Shown here: piece by piece, positions 31,023 through 40,314 of the stretch
Numbering within the stretch: the stretch's first letter is position 1
How the letters are laid out: the number at the start of each line of letters is the position of its first letter
Assembly: GCA_963674595.2 (NCBI GenBank)
Contig: CAXXFV010000004.1
Location: 256,001 to 320,000 of the forward strand
DNA from: a bacterium
GTDB lineage: Bacteria; Zhuqueibacterota; Zhuqueibacteria; Residuimicrobiales; Krinioviventaceae
DNA length: 64,000 nucleotides
Reading direction: 5' to 3'
The notes under the pieces: generated by a model
Database searches by the model: none
What the model was told of the DNA's origin: nothing
Seen by the model: the letters and a program-made list of their open reading frames with translations, nothing else
Made by a program: the position numbers and the translations under genes

Positions 31023-32405
31023 TTATTTGCCAATACAAAATGACGAAAATATATCATTTAAAATTTCATCTGTTGTTACTTCGCCTGTAATCTCTCCAAG
31101 AGCATCCAGTGAAGCTCTGAGATCAAAGGATACAAATTCAGGAGAAAAGTTTTCTTTTAACGAAGCAATGGCATTTTTTAAATACATCAATGATTTGTTT
31201 AAAGAATCATAATGTCGCATTTTTGTCAGCATGTTATTAAATTGTATATCTGGCTTGTTTGATACCAGACTTACAAGTGTATCTTCAAGAGAAGAAAAAC
31301 CAAACCCGGTTTTGGCAGAAATTTCCAATGAGGTATAATCATTAAAAATTTCTTTATATTCAGCGAATGATTGTTTATCCACAATATCTATTTTATTGAA
31401 AACGACAATCAACATTTGATCAGGTTTTATAGATGTTTTGATATATGTATCTAAAAAAGTTTTTGTTGAATTTATATCAGGCAGAGACGAATCAACAATC
31501 AGTAAAATAATGTCAGCATTCTTTAAAATCTGATTAGACCGGTTAACTCCTTTATTTTCAACAAGATCATCAGTGTCTCTAATTCCAGCCGTGTCTGTTA
31601 CTTTAAACAAAAAACCTTTTATATCAAGAGATTCTTCCAAAGTATCCCGGGTTGTTCCAGGAATTGAAGAAACAATAGCACGGTCTTGTTTTAATAACAT
31701 ATTTAAAATACTAGACTTACCAACATTTGGCTGACCAACAATTGCAATATGTGCGCCTTCTCTTAATAATCGGCCGTGTATAAAGGAAGAGGATAATTTT
31801 TCCAACTCTGTTTCAAGTTTGACAAGATCATTTAATAAATCATCTCGTTTAGCAAATTCAATATCTTCTTCAGAAAAATCCAATTCAATTTCTAAAAGCG
31901 AGCATTGTTTTTTTATGTTATCTTTTAGTTCATGTATGGTATCAGATAACTTGCCTTCCAATTGTGAAACCGATAATCGCAAATTAATATTTGTTTGAGC
32001 ATTAATTAAATCAGCCACTGCTTCTGCCTGTACAAGATCCATTTTGCCATTAATAAATGCTCTTTTTGTAAACTCACCGGGTTCCGCATGTCTGGCCCCG
32101 GCAGCGATTATTAAATTTAGAATTTCCTGAACGATAAAAGTTCCGCCGTGGCAGTTAATCTCTACAATATTCTCACCGGTAAAAGAATTGGGTGATTTAA
32201 ATTTTGAAACAAGTACCTGATCGACTATTGAATCATTGGAAATAATAAATCCATTGATGACCTGATTAGCAGGGGCAGTATCAATCGATTTTTTTCCTTT
32301 AAATATTTTATCAGCAATACCAAAAGAATCCGGTCCTGATAAGCGTACAATAGCAATTGCACCTGTCCCTATAGGAGTTGATATGGCTGCAATAGTATCG
32401 TTCAT
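31023..32405 (-). CDS. mnmE: tRNA modification GTPase MnmE
   Basis: DTIAAIST, GQPNVGKSS, GTTRD, DTAG, NKID and terminal FCIGK motifs. Confidence 0.98.
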   Translation of the reverse strand: MNDTIAAISTPIGTGAIAIVRLSGPDSFGIADKIFKGKKSIDTAPANQVINGFIISNDSIVDQVLVSKFKSPNSFTGENIVEINCHGGTFIVQEILNLIIAAGARHAEPGEFTKRAFINGKMDLVQAEAVADLINAQTNINLRLSVSQLEGKLSDTIHELKDNIKKQCSLLEIELDFSEEDIEFAKRDDLLNDLVKLETELEKLSSSFIHGRLLREGAHIAIVGQPNVGKSSILNMLLKQDRAIVSSIPGTTRDTLEESLDIKGFLFKVTDTAGIRDTDDLVENKGVNRSNQILKNADIILLIVDSSLPDINSTKTFLDTYIKTSIKPDQMLIVVFNKIDIVDKQSFAEYKEIFNDYTSLEISAKTGFGFSSLEDTLVSLVSNKPDIQFNNMLTKMRHYDSLNKSLMYLKNAIASLKENFSPEFVSFDLRASLDALGEITGEVTTDEILNDIFSSFCIGK

Positions 32406-32482
32406 ATTAAACTTTCAGCAAAAATAAAGCCCCACATGTATATCTGCGAGGCAAAAATTATTAAAAAATATGTCAACAAAAA

Positions 32483-34222
32483 TTATTTGGTTTTAGCCGG
32501 GGACACATTTACAGTAGCTGTTCCGCCACTCAACCATTTTTGTTGTGCAATCGTTAACAAATTAAAAAGAGCATAATACAAATTTAATCCGGATGGAAAG
32601 CTATTAAATAAAAGTGTAAAAACTATTGGCATCATATAAACCATAGCCTTTTGTTTCGGATCCGTAATACTCATTTTTTGTTGGATAATCATGGTTATAC
32701 CCATAAAAATGGGTAAAATATTAACAGAGTCTCCATACATGGGAATGGAAAAAGGTAAGGTTGCAATCGTATCCGGTTGTGATAAATCTTTGATCCAGAA
32801 CATAAAAGGCTCGCCGCGCAATTCTATAGTGGTTCTAAAGATAATAAACAATCCATAAAGCAACGGCATTTGCAACAGCATTGGTAAACATCCACCCATC
32901 GGATTAGCCCCTTCCGCTTTGTAAAGGGCCATTGTTTCTTTTTGCAGACGTTGCGGGTCTTTTTTATATTTTTCCTTTAATTCAGCGACCTTGGGTTGTA
33001 AAGTCTGCATTTTTTTCATGGATTGATAGCTTTTGTGCGTCAACGGATAGACGATTAGCTTTATCAAAATTGAAAAAATAATCAAAGCCCAACCATAATT
33101 AGGGATAAATGAATGAAGCTTTTTAAAACTCCATAGAATAACCAGGCTGAAAGGTTGGATAATTTTCCAGCCAAAATCCATAAATTTTTCCAGGCCAATA
33201 TTATAAGATTTTACAGTCTCATGTTCCAGAGGTCCCATGTAAATCATATAATTATCACTTAAATTGGATTCGCCAAGAAAAGGCATTTGCAAATTGATGA
33301 TAAATTGCTTCCATTTTAATTTAGGATTACTAATTTCAGCAATTTCGTAACCGGTTATAGCAGCAGAGGTAGCTTTTTTTTCAGGAGCTAAAGCCAAAGC
33401 AAAATATTTTGTACGAACTCCAACCCAATTAATATCACCTGTCTCTTTTTCAGTTTTTCCATTGGGCTTATACCCTTTATTAATGTCCTGGCCGGCATAA
33501 ACGGCTGCCTTGGCATAGTTCATATCTTCGTTTAATCTTTTCTCTGTAGACTCGAGACCGGCAGGAATATTTACAAAATACATTTTGTGATAAATAGTAT
33601 TTTCTAAATTTTTGAATATAATATTCATTTCAAAATCATAGTGCGAATTTGAAAATGTAAACTTTTTTATGATTTGACGATATTGATCAAAATTATAAAC
33701 GAACGAAATACTCTGTTCTTCACTTTCATTTAAAGAAATAACAGAATCACATTCGGCTAAAAATGACCAGTTAACAGTATCAACGGTATCTCCCTGAGAA
33801 TCTATATAGGAAATAGCAAAATTTCCTTCATTCCCTTTTGGCAGCATATAAACAGGTGTACTGTCTGGTTTAAAATATTCTTTTAATTGAAACTGCTTTA
33901 AAACAGCACCATTGGTACTAAAGGTAGCTTTATATAAATCCGTATTAACTGTAATTAATTTTTCCGGTTCAGATTTAACCGGATTAACGGGTTTGACAGG
34001 TTCCTGAACCTTGTTTACTATTGGTTCGTTAATATTCTCTGTTTCGGTAGGTTCCTGGTTAATTTCCTCTTTAACTACCTGGCTACTCTGCATCTTTTTT
34101 TCAAGTTGTTTTTGTTGATAGGCTTCCGGATAAAATAATTTTTGGTAATATGGCGACCATACAAATAACATAGTAGCGCCAATTAATAAGAAAGCAAGGA
34201 GTGTTTTTCTATCTACATTCAT
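32483..34222 (-). CDS. yidC: Membrane protein insertase YidC
   Basis: Large periplasmic domain; NPMGGCLPMLLQMP, FWIKDLS.PD and PSGLNLYY motifs. Confidence 0.96.
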   Translation of the reverse strand: MNVDRKTLLAFLLIGATMLFVWSPYYQKLFYPEAYQQKQLEKKMQSSQVVKEEINQEPTETENINEPIVNKVQEPVKPVNPVKSEPEKLITVNTDLYKATFSTNGAVLKQFQLKEYFKPDSTPVYMLPKGNEGNFAISYIDSQGDTVDTVNWSFLAECDSVISLNESEEQSISFVYNFDQYRQIIKKFTFSNSHYDFEMNIIFKNLENTIYHKMYFVNIPAGLESTEKRLNEDMNYAKAAVYAGQDINKGYKPNGKTEKETGDINWVGVRTKYFALALAPEKKATSAAITGYEIAEISNPKLKWKQFIINLQMPFLGESNLSDNYMIYMGPLEHETVKSYNIGLEKFMDFGWKIIQPFSLVILWSFKKLHSFIPNYGWALIIFSILIKLIVYPLTHKSYQSMKKMQTLQPKVAELKEKYKKDPQRLQKETMALYKAEGANPMGGCLPMLLQMPLLYGLFIIFRTTIELRGEPFMFWIKDLSQPDTIATLPFSIPMYGDSVNILPIFMGITMIIQQKMSITDPKQKAMVYMMPIVFTLLFNSFPSGLNLYYALFNLLTIAQQKWLSGGTATVNVSPAKTK

Positions 34223-34242
34223 AATAAACTCTTTTTTTTAAA

Positions 34243-34506
34243 TTAAACAGGATCATAACCGCCAGAAGAAAAAGGATTACATCGCAAAATTCGTAAAACG
34301 GATTTGCTCCCCCCTTTTAGAATACCATATTTTTTTATAGCTTGAATTGAATAATTAGAGCAAGAAGGATAATATCGACATGAGTTCGGAAAAATAGGTG
34401 AAATTATCTTTTGGTAAAGATAAATTGTGAAAATAATCAATCCCTTCAAGAAGCCATGAATAAGTTTAAAAAATAATTTTATCTTTTGTTTTAACACTTG
34501 AAGCAT
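34243..34506 (-). CDS. yidD: Membrane protein insertion efficiency factor YidD
   Basis: [16 protein letters not shown] and [14 protein letters not shown] motifs. Confidence 0.93.
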   Translation of the reverse strand: MLQVLKQKIKLFFKLIHGFLKGLIIFTIYLYQKIISPIFPNSCRYYPSCSNYSIQAIKKYGILKGGSKSVLRILRCNPFSSGGYDPV

Positions 34507-34857
34507 TCATTTATTACAACACTCGCTATTCAAACTTTTGACGAGTTCATCAAAGTCGTTAACGAGTGTTTCATAATTTTTAGTGAGTGTTAATGATTTT
34601 ACAACAAAGACAGCATGAATAGGCCTAATAATTTGATATTGATGTGTTCTGTACATCTCTCTACCTATTCTTTTAAGTTTATTTCTTTGGACTTTGTTTT
34701 TGTATCCTTTAGCAGCAAAACCAATCTTGTTCGATTCGGTAATTTTATAAAAAACCGAAAAATATTTTCCATGAATTGCTTTTCCAAATCTAAAAATTTC
34801 ATGAAAAGCAGAATTTTTTTTTAAGATACGTTGCTTTGGAAGGGAAAGTCTTTTCAC
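34507..34857 (-). CDS. rnpA: Ribonuclease P protein component
   Basis: Lies between rpmH and yidD; IGFAA..Y.NKVQRNKLKR..RE is an RNR-like motif. Confidence 0.85.
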   Translation of the reverse strand: MKRLSLPKQRILKKNSAFHEIFRFGKAIHGKYFSVFYKITESNKIGFAAKGYKNKVQRNKLKRIGREMYRTHQYQIIRPIHAVFVVKSLTLTKNYETLVNDFDELVKSLNSECCNK

Positions 34858-34871
34858 ATAATTAATTAGTT

Positions 34872-35018
34872 TTATAATTCATCACTAACGGTTAAACGTT
34901 TTCTTCCTTTTGCTCTTCTTCTTTTAAGAACCAGCCGGCCATTTTTTGTTGCCATACGAGCTCGAAAACCGTGTTTGTTGGCTCTTTTTCTATTACTTGG
35001 TTGAAAAGTTCTCTTCAT
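34872..35018 (-). CDS. rpmH: 50S ribosomal protein L34
   Basis: Below the ORF-track cutoff. Hand translation: [48 protein letters not shown]. Confidence 0.97.
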   Translation of the reverse strand: MKRTFQPSNRKRANKHGFRARMATKNGRLVLKRRRAKGRKRLTVSDEL

Positions 35019-35109
35019 TACTATAAATCTCCATTTGTTGTATAATTTAAAACCTTACAAGGTAAAAAATTTTATATTGAAACACAAGGTTTTTCTTACT
35101 CATAAAAAC

Positions 35110-35135
35110 AAAAAAGGGCCGATATACGGCCCTTT
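35110..35135 (-). terminator. Intrinsic terminator of PFOR/DHODH-like unit
   Basis: Minus strand AAAGGGCCG-TATAT-CGGCCC followed by a T6 tract. Confidence 0.8.
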
Positions 35136-35156
35136 AAGTACAAGAATTCCGTAATA

Positions 35157-36143
35157 TTAGAAGGAATTTAACGCCTTCATATAATTGGCTCTTTCAAAGG
35201 CTGAAGGTTCAGCAACAGATTTTTGACTCATACTTCCTTTTAGTACAGATAAGGAATCGTATTCGTTTTCTTCCAGCCATTTGGTCATATCAGAGAGAAT
35301 TGTTCCGAGATACTCGGGTCCTTTTTGTAATAAAACGGCAGCCATCTGGGTAATATCAGCACCGGCAGCTATTAGTTTTAATGCATCATTAGCTGTATGA
35401 ACACCGGTTGTACCGGCAAAGCTGGCATTAATTTTATCTGATAAAATAGCAATCCATCTCAAAGGAAGTCGAAGATCATTGGATGTACTTAAAACAACAC
35501 CAGGTTTAACTTCCAAATTATCCAGATCTAAATCAGGCTGATAGAATCTGTTGAAAAGTACAAAAGCATCAGCGCCATCTTCTTGCAGTTTTTTAATGGT
35601 ACGTGGTAATGATGTGAAAAACGGACTGAGCTTAACGGCAACAGGAATAGTAACATTCGCTTTAACAGCCTTGAGTATTATTCTGTAAAGATTTTCAATT
35701 TGTTGTGTTTCCTGCTCAAGGTTTGTAGGAATAAAATAAACATTCAATTCAAGAGCATCTGCACCGGCTTCCTGGATTTTTTTTGCGTAATCAATCCATC
35801 CACCTGTAGAAACTCCGTTCAAGCTGCCAATAATAGGTATATCAAGTGAATCTTTGGCTTTTTTAATATGTTCTAAATATTCGTCAGGTCCGAGATTAAA
35901 ATCCTGGTGATCAGGGAAGTAACTTAGAGCTTCGGCAAAGCTTTCAGTTCCGTTTGTTAAAAAGTGATCCAGTTCTTCAGCTTCAAAGCTGATTTGTTCC
36001 TCAAAAAGAGAGTACATGACAATAGCGGAAGCACCAGCATCTTCAAGTTTTTTTAATGTATTTATATCTTTAGATAATGGCGAAGCTGAAGGAACCAACG
36101 GATTTTTCAATGAAATACCCATATAGGAAGTTTTCAAATCCAT
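35157..36143 (-). CDS. Dihydroorotate dehydrogenase-like FMN protein (DHOD_like, PFOR-associated)
   Basis: LKNPLV.SASP, SLFEEQI, ALELNVY, VAVKLSPFF, LFNRFYQPD and AFERANY motifs. Confidence 0.88.
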   Translation of the reverse strand: MDLKTSYMGISLKNPLVPSASPLSKDINTLKKLEDAGASAIVMYSLFEEQISFEAEELDHFLTNGTESFAEALSYFPDHQDFNLGPDEYLEHIKKAKDSLDIPIIGSLNGVSTGGWIDYAKKIQEAGADALELNVYFIPTNLEQETQQIENLYRIILKAVKANVTIPVAVKLSPFFTSLPRTIKKLQEDGADAFVLFNRFYQPDLDLDNLEVKPGVVLSTSNDLRLPLRWIAILSDKINASFAGTTGVHTANDALKLIAAGADITQMAAVLLQKGPEYLGTILSDMTKWLEENEYDSLSVLKGSMSQKSVAEPSAFERANYMKALNSF

Positions 36144-36183
36144 TATATTGAGTCCTTTCTTTTACAATTTTTAAAAAAGAGAG

Positions 36184-36206
36184 AGCGGTAATAAAAAATT
36201 ACCGCT
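36184..36206 (-). terminator. Intergenic hairpin between PFOR and DHODH-like gene
   Basis: AGCGGTAAT-N5-ATTACCGCT, followed on the minus strand by CTCTCTTTTTT. Confidence 0.5.
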
Positions 36207-36222
36207 AAATTATTTATTCGTT

Positions 36223-39200
36223 TTAACTGCTATAATCAATAGCTGCCATTTGTTTGTATAAATTCCATCTTGAAGTAACTCCTTTTTGAGCAGAATCCAA
36301 CAGGAATTTTGCTCTTTCAGGATGGGTTTTGGTCAGCATCTTGAATCTTGTTTCATTATATGCGTATTCTTCAAAGGAAATTGAAGGCTCTTTAGAATCT
36401 AATTGAAGAGGATTTTTACCGGTTTCAATTAAATCTGGATTGTAACGGAAAAGCGGGTAATGACCACTTTCAACCGCTGCTTTTTGTTCCTTCAATCCGT
36501 TAGACATTGTGATACCATGTGCAATACAGTGTGCATAAGCCAGAACAATACTTGGCCCATCATAGGCTTCGGCTTCTTTTAAGGCACGAATAGTTTGCAA
36601 GTCACTATAACCCATGGCAACCCGGGCAACATAAATATTGCCATAAGACATAAAAATCATACCCATGTCTTTTTTAGGTAATGGTTTTCCGGCAGCGGCA
36701 AATTTTGCAACAGCACCAGTCGGAGTTGATTTGGACATCTGTCCACCGGTATTTGAATAAACCTCGGTATCAAGTACCAAAACGTTAACATTGCGACCGG
36801 AGGCCAAAACATGGTCCAAACCACCATAACCAATATCATAAGCCCAACCGTCACCGCCAAAAATCCAAACACTCTTTTTAACGAGAAAATCAGCCAGTGA
36901 TAACAACTGTTTGGCATCATCGCCTTTGATATTTTCGAGTTTTTCTTTCAAGATTTTAACACGGTCTCTCTGATCATAAATACCGGCTTCTTCAGATTGG
37001 TCTGCTTCTAAAAGTGCCGTGACTAATTCGTCACCTAGTTCTGAAGCAAGTTTTTGTAATAATTCGCGTGCAAATTCGGTATGTTTATCAACAGTCATTC
37101 GAAAACCCATACCAAACTCAGCATTATCTTCAAAAAGTGAGTTTGACCAGGCAATACCACGACCATTTTGGTCTTTGGTATAAGGAAATGTCGGCAAGTT
37201 TCCGCCATAAATTGAAGAACATCCGGTAGCATTTGAGATAATTGTGCGGTCACCAAATAATTGTGAAACGAGTTTAACATAAGGAGTTTCACCACATCCG
37301 GCACAGGCACCAGAGTATTCGAATAACGGTCTCAGGAATTGAGAACCTTTAACAGAGGCAACTTTGACACTGCGGCGATCAACATCCGGAATGTTTAAAA
37401 AGAATTCATAATTTTCTTTCTCCTGATCACGTAAGGGTGGTTGAGGTGCCATGTTAATGGCTTTTAGTCCGACCTGTTGTTTATTTTTAGCAGGACATGT
37501 TTCTATACATAGCATACATCCGGTACAATCTTCAGGAGCAATCTGTAAAGTATATTTCCAATCATCAGGAAAATCTTTACCCTTTGCTTTGACACTCTTG
37601 AATGTTTCAGGAGCATTGTCAAGCTCTTTAGGATCATAAACTTTTGGTCTGATAGCAGCATGTGGACAAACCAAAGAACATTTTCCACATTGGATACATG
37701 TTTCAGGATCCCAAACCGGAATTTCAAGAGCTATATTTCTTTTTTCCCATTGGGTCGTTCCAGTATCAAAGGTACCATCATGTGGAAAAGCACTAACCGG
37801 TAAATCATCGCCTTTACCAATCATAATTTTGCTGACTACATTTTTAACAAATTCAGGGGCTTTATCAGAAACAGTGCTGGGCATTTCTTTACCATTTACT
37901 GTTTTACCTTCTAAATCTACCTTGAAAAGGTGGGCCAATGTTTGATCAACAGCGTTAAAATTCATCTGTACAATTTTATCACCTTTTTTGCCATAGGTCT
38001 TTTTGATGGCATTTTTAATATATTGGATAGCTTCATCTTTTGGTAAAACACCGGAAATAGCAAAGAAACAGGTCTGCATAATGGTATTAATACGAACACC
38101 CATACCTGTTTTTTGGCCAACATCATAGGCGTCTATAACATACAGATTCAATTTCTTATTTAAAATATCTTCCTGAATGATTCTTGGAAGTGTTTCCCAA
38201 ACTTCATCCGGACCGGCTTGTGTGTTAAAAAGCACAGTGCCACCTTCAACAGCTTTTTCAACAACATTCAACTTTTCCAGGAAAAATTGCTGATGACAGG
38301 CAACAAAATTTGCTTTATCAATTAAATAAGTAGAATGGATTTCTTTGGGTCCAAATCGAAGGTGAGAAATTGTTACAGCTCCGGCTTTTTTGGAATCGTA
38401 AACAAAATAACCCTGAGCATAATTTTCTGTTTCTTCACCAATAATTTTAATAGAATTTTTATTAGCACCTACAGTACCATCTGAACCTAAACCATAAAAA
38501 ATAGCGCGTACAACATCTTCGCCTTCGGTCGTAAAATTAGGATCATAGTCGATACTTGTATGTGTTAAATCATCGTTAATACCAATGGTAAAATGTTTTT
38601 TGCTTTTATCTTTTGCAAGATCGTCGTAAATACCCTTAACCATGGCCGGCGTAAACTCTTTAGATGATAATCCGTAACGTCCACCGGTAACTTTTGGGAA
38701 GGTGTTAAATGGTAATTTTCCTTCGCTATTTGCTTCTGTTAAGGCATTAATAACATCAAGATAAAGCGGTTCACCAGCACTTCCGGCTTCTTTTGTTCGG
38801 TCCAAAACAGCAATAGATTGAACAGATTTTGGTAATGCTGCAATAAAATGTTCAATAGAGAAAGGTCTGTATAATCGAACCTTGATAGCACCAACTTTTT
38901 CACCCTTGGCTGCCAAATAATCAACAGCTTCGTGAACAGCTTCAGCACCGGAACCCATTAAAATGATAACTCTTTCAGCTTCCGGATGTCCGATATAATC
39001 AAATAATTTATATTGTCTTCCAGTTTCCTTGGCAAATTTATCCATCGCATTTTGGACGATAGCCGGACATTTATCATAATATTCGTTTACAGTTTCACGC
39101 GCTTGAAAGAATACATCAGGATTCTGTGCAGTTCCACGGATAACAGGTCGATCAGGTGACAACCCTCTGTTTCTGTGTTCAAAAACGAGCTTATCATCAA

Positions 39201-39783
39201 TCATAGATTTAATGACTTGAATATCTAACTGTTCGATTTTCTGAATTTCATGGGAAGAACGAAAACCATCAAAAAAGTGAACAAAAGGGATACGTGATTC
39301 GAGAGACGCTGCCTGGGAAATAAGTGCAAAATCCATGATTTCCTGGATAGAGTTTGAGGCAAGTAAACCAAATCCAGTGGAACGTACGGCCATAACATCA
39401 CTATGATCACCAAAAATAGAGAGAGCATGTGATGCTACAGTTCTCGCTGTAACATGAAAAACAGTTGGTGTTAATTCACCAGCAATCTTGAACATATTAG
39501 GAATCATTAATAATAATCCCTGAGAAGCGGTAAAAGTTGTTGTTAAAGCACCAGTCTGTAAAGCACCATGTACAGCGCCAGAAGCACCACCTTCACTTTG
39601 CATTTCAACAACCTGGGGTATTGTACCCCAAATGTTTTTCTGACCGGCTGCTGAAAAAGCGTCAGACCACTCTCCCATAGGGGATGAAGGTGTAATAGGA
39701 TAAATAGCAATAACTTCGTTTATTTTGTGAGCTACATAGGCGGCTGCTTCATTACCGTCCAGAGTCACCATTTTTTTTGACAT
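36223..39783 (-). CDS. nifJ: Pyruvate:ferredoxin/flavodoxin oxidoreductase, single-chain
   Basis: YPITPS, GLGSDGTVGANK, two CxxCxxCxxxCP clusters, ACAGCGETPY and GGDGWAYDIG motifs. Confidence 0.97.
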   Translation of the reverse strand: MSKKMVTLDGNEAAAYVAHKINEVIAIYPITPSSPMGEWSDAFSAAGQKNIWGTIPQVVEMQSEGGASGAVHGALQTGALTTTFTASQGLLLMIPNMFKIAGELTPTVFHVTARTVASHALSIFGDHSDVMAVRSTGFGLLASNSIQEIMDFALISQAASLESRIPFVHFFDGFRSSHEIQKIEQLDIQVIKSMIDDKLVFEHRNRGLSPDRPVIRGTAQNPDVFFQARETVNEYYDKCPAIVQNAMDKFAKETGRQYKLFDYIGHPEAERVIILMGSGAEAVHEAVDYLAAKGEKVGAIKVRLYRPFSIEHFIAALPKSVQSIAVLDRTKEAGSAGEPLYLDVINALTEANSEGKLPFNTFPKVTGGRYGLSSKEFTPAMVKGIYDDLAKDKSKKHFTIGINDDLTHTSIDYDPNFTTEGEDVVRAIFYGLGSDGTVGANKNSIKIIGEETENYAQGYFVYDSKKAGAVTISHLRFGPKEIHSTYLIDKANFVACHQQFFLEKLNVVEKAVEGGTVLFNTQAGPDEVWETLPRIIQEDILNKKLNLYVIDAYDVGQKTGMGVRINTIMQTCFFAISGVLPKDEAIQYIKNAIKKTYGKKGDKIVQMNFNAVDQTLAHLFKVDLEGKTVNGKEMPSTVSDKAPEFVKNVVSKIMIGKGDDLPVSAFPHDGTFDTGTTQWEKRNIALEIPVWDPETCIQCGKCSLVCPHAAIRPKVYDPKELDNAPETFKSVKAKGKDFPDDWKYTLQIAPEDCTGCMLCIETCPAKNKQQVGLKAINMAPQPPLRDQEKENYEFFLNIPDVDRRSVKVASVKGSQFLRPLFEYSGACAGCGETPYVKLVSQLFGDRTIISNATGCSSIYGGNLPTFPYTKDQNGRGIAWSNSLFEDNAEFGMGFRMTVDKHTEFARELLQKLASELGDELVTALLEADQSEEAGIYDQRDRVKILKEKLENIKGDDAKQLLSLADFLVKKSVWIFGGDGWAYDIGYGGLDHVLASGRNVNVLVLDTEVYSNTGGQMSKSTPTGAVAKFAAAGKPLPKKDMGMIFMSYGNIYVARVAMGYSDLQTIRALKEAEAYDGPSIVLAYAHCIAHGITMSNGLKEQKAAVESGHYPLFRYNPDLIETGKNPLQLDSKEPSISFEEYAYNETRFKMLTKTHPERAKFLLDSAQKGVTSRWNLYKQMAAIDYSS

Positions 39784-39816
39784 TAAGTACCTCCGTCAAT
39801 CCATTAATATTATACA

Positions 39817-39868
39817 TAAAATCTGTTTTCAGATTTTAAAAAGAGGAGTAAATTTAGGAATTATAACA
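39817..39868 (-). promoter_or_regulatory. Putative PFOR promoter (extended -10) and downstream palindrome
   Basis: Minus strand TGTTATAAT at 39860-39868. Perfect inverted repeat TAAAATCTG-N4-CAGATTTTA at 39817-39838. Confidence 0.45.
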
Positions 39869-40017
39869 AAGCAAAAGTAATTATTTTCTTTTGCAAAAAA
39901 AGGGGCGAAAAATCGTCCGGTTTTAAATTTATTAAAAAATAGAATATAATGCAAGGTATTTAATAAACTGATATATAAGTCATTTAAAAAATAAAAAAAT
40001 TATTTTTGAGTTTGAAA

Positions 40018-40236
40018 TTATCCACAACTTTATTATCTTATTATGACTTGTTAACATTATTAAAATATGTGGATAACTTTTATCTTCTTTCTTACTCTTT
40101 TATTTTTTAAACATTTTATGTAAAAAAATGTGGATAATCTTAGAAAGAGATAAATGATAAAAATAATAAGAATAATTACTTAAACAAAATTCATAATTAT
40201 AATTATGTGTGGATAACATATAATTTATGTTGATAA
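40018..40236. other. oriC part 1: DnaA-box cluster upstream of dnaA
   Basis: Perfect boxes: TTATCCACA at 40018-40026 and TGTGGATAA at 40068-40076, 40129-40137 and 40208-40216. One-mismatch TGTTGATAA at 40228-40236. Very AT-rich. Confidence 0.88.
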
Positions 40237-40314
40237 GTAATTTTTGTTTAATTTATAGAATAATGTTTGTATTTAAATTCACTATTTAGGTTTTACAATA
40301 ATACAGGAAAATAA

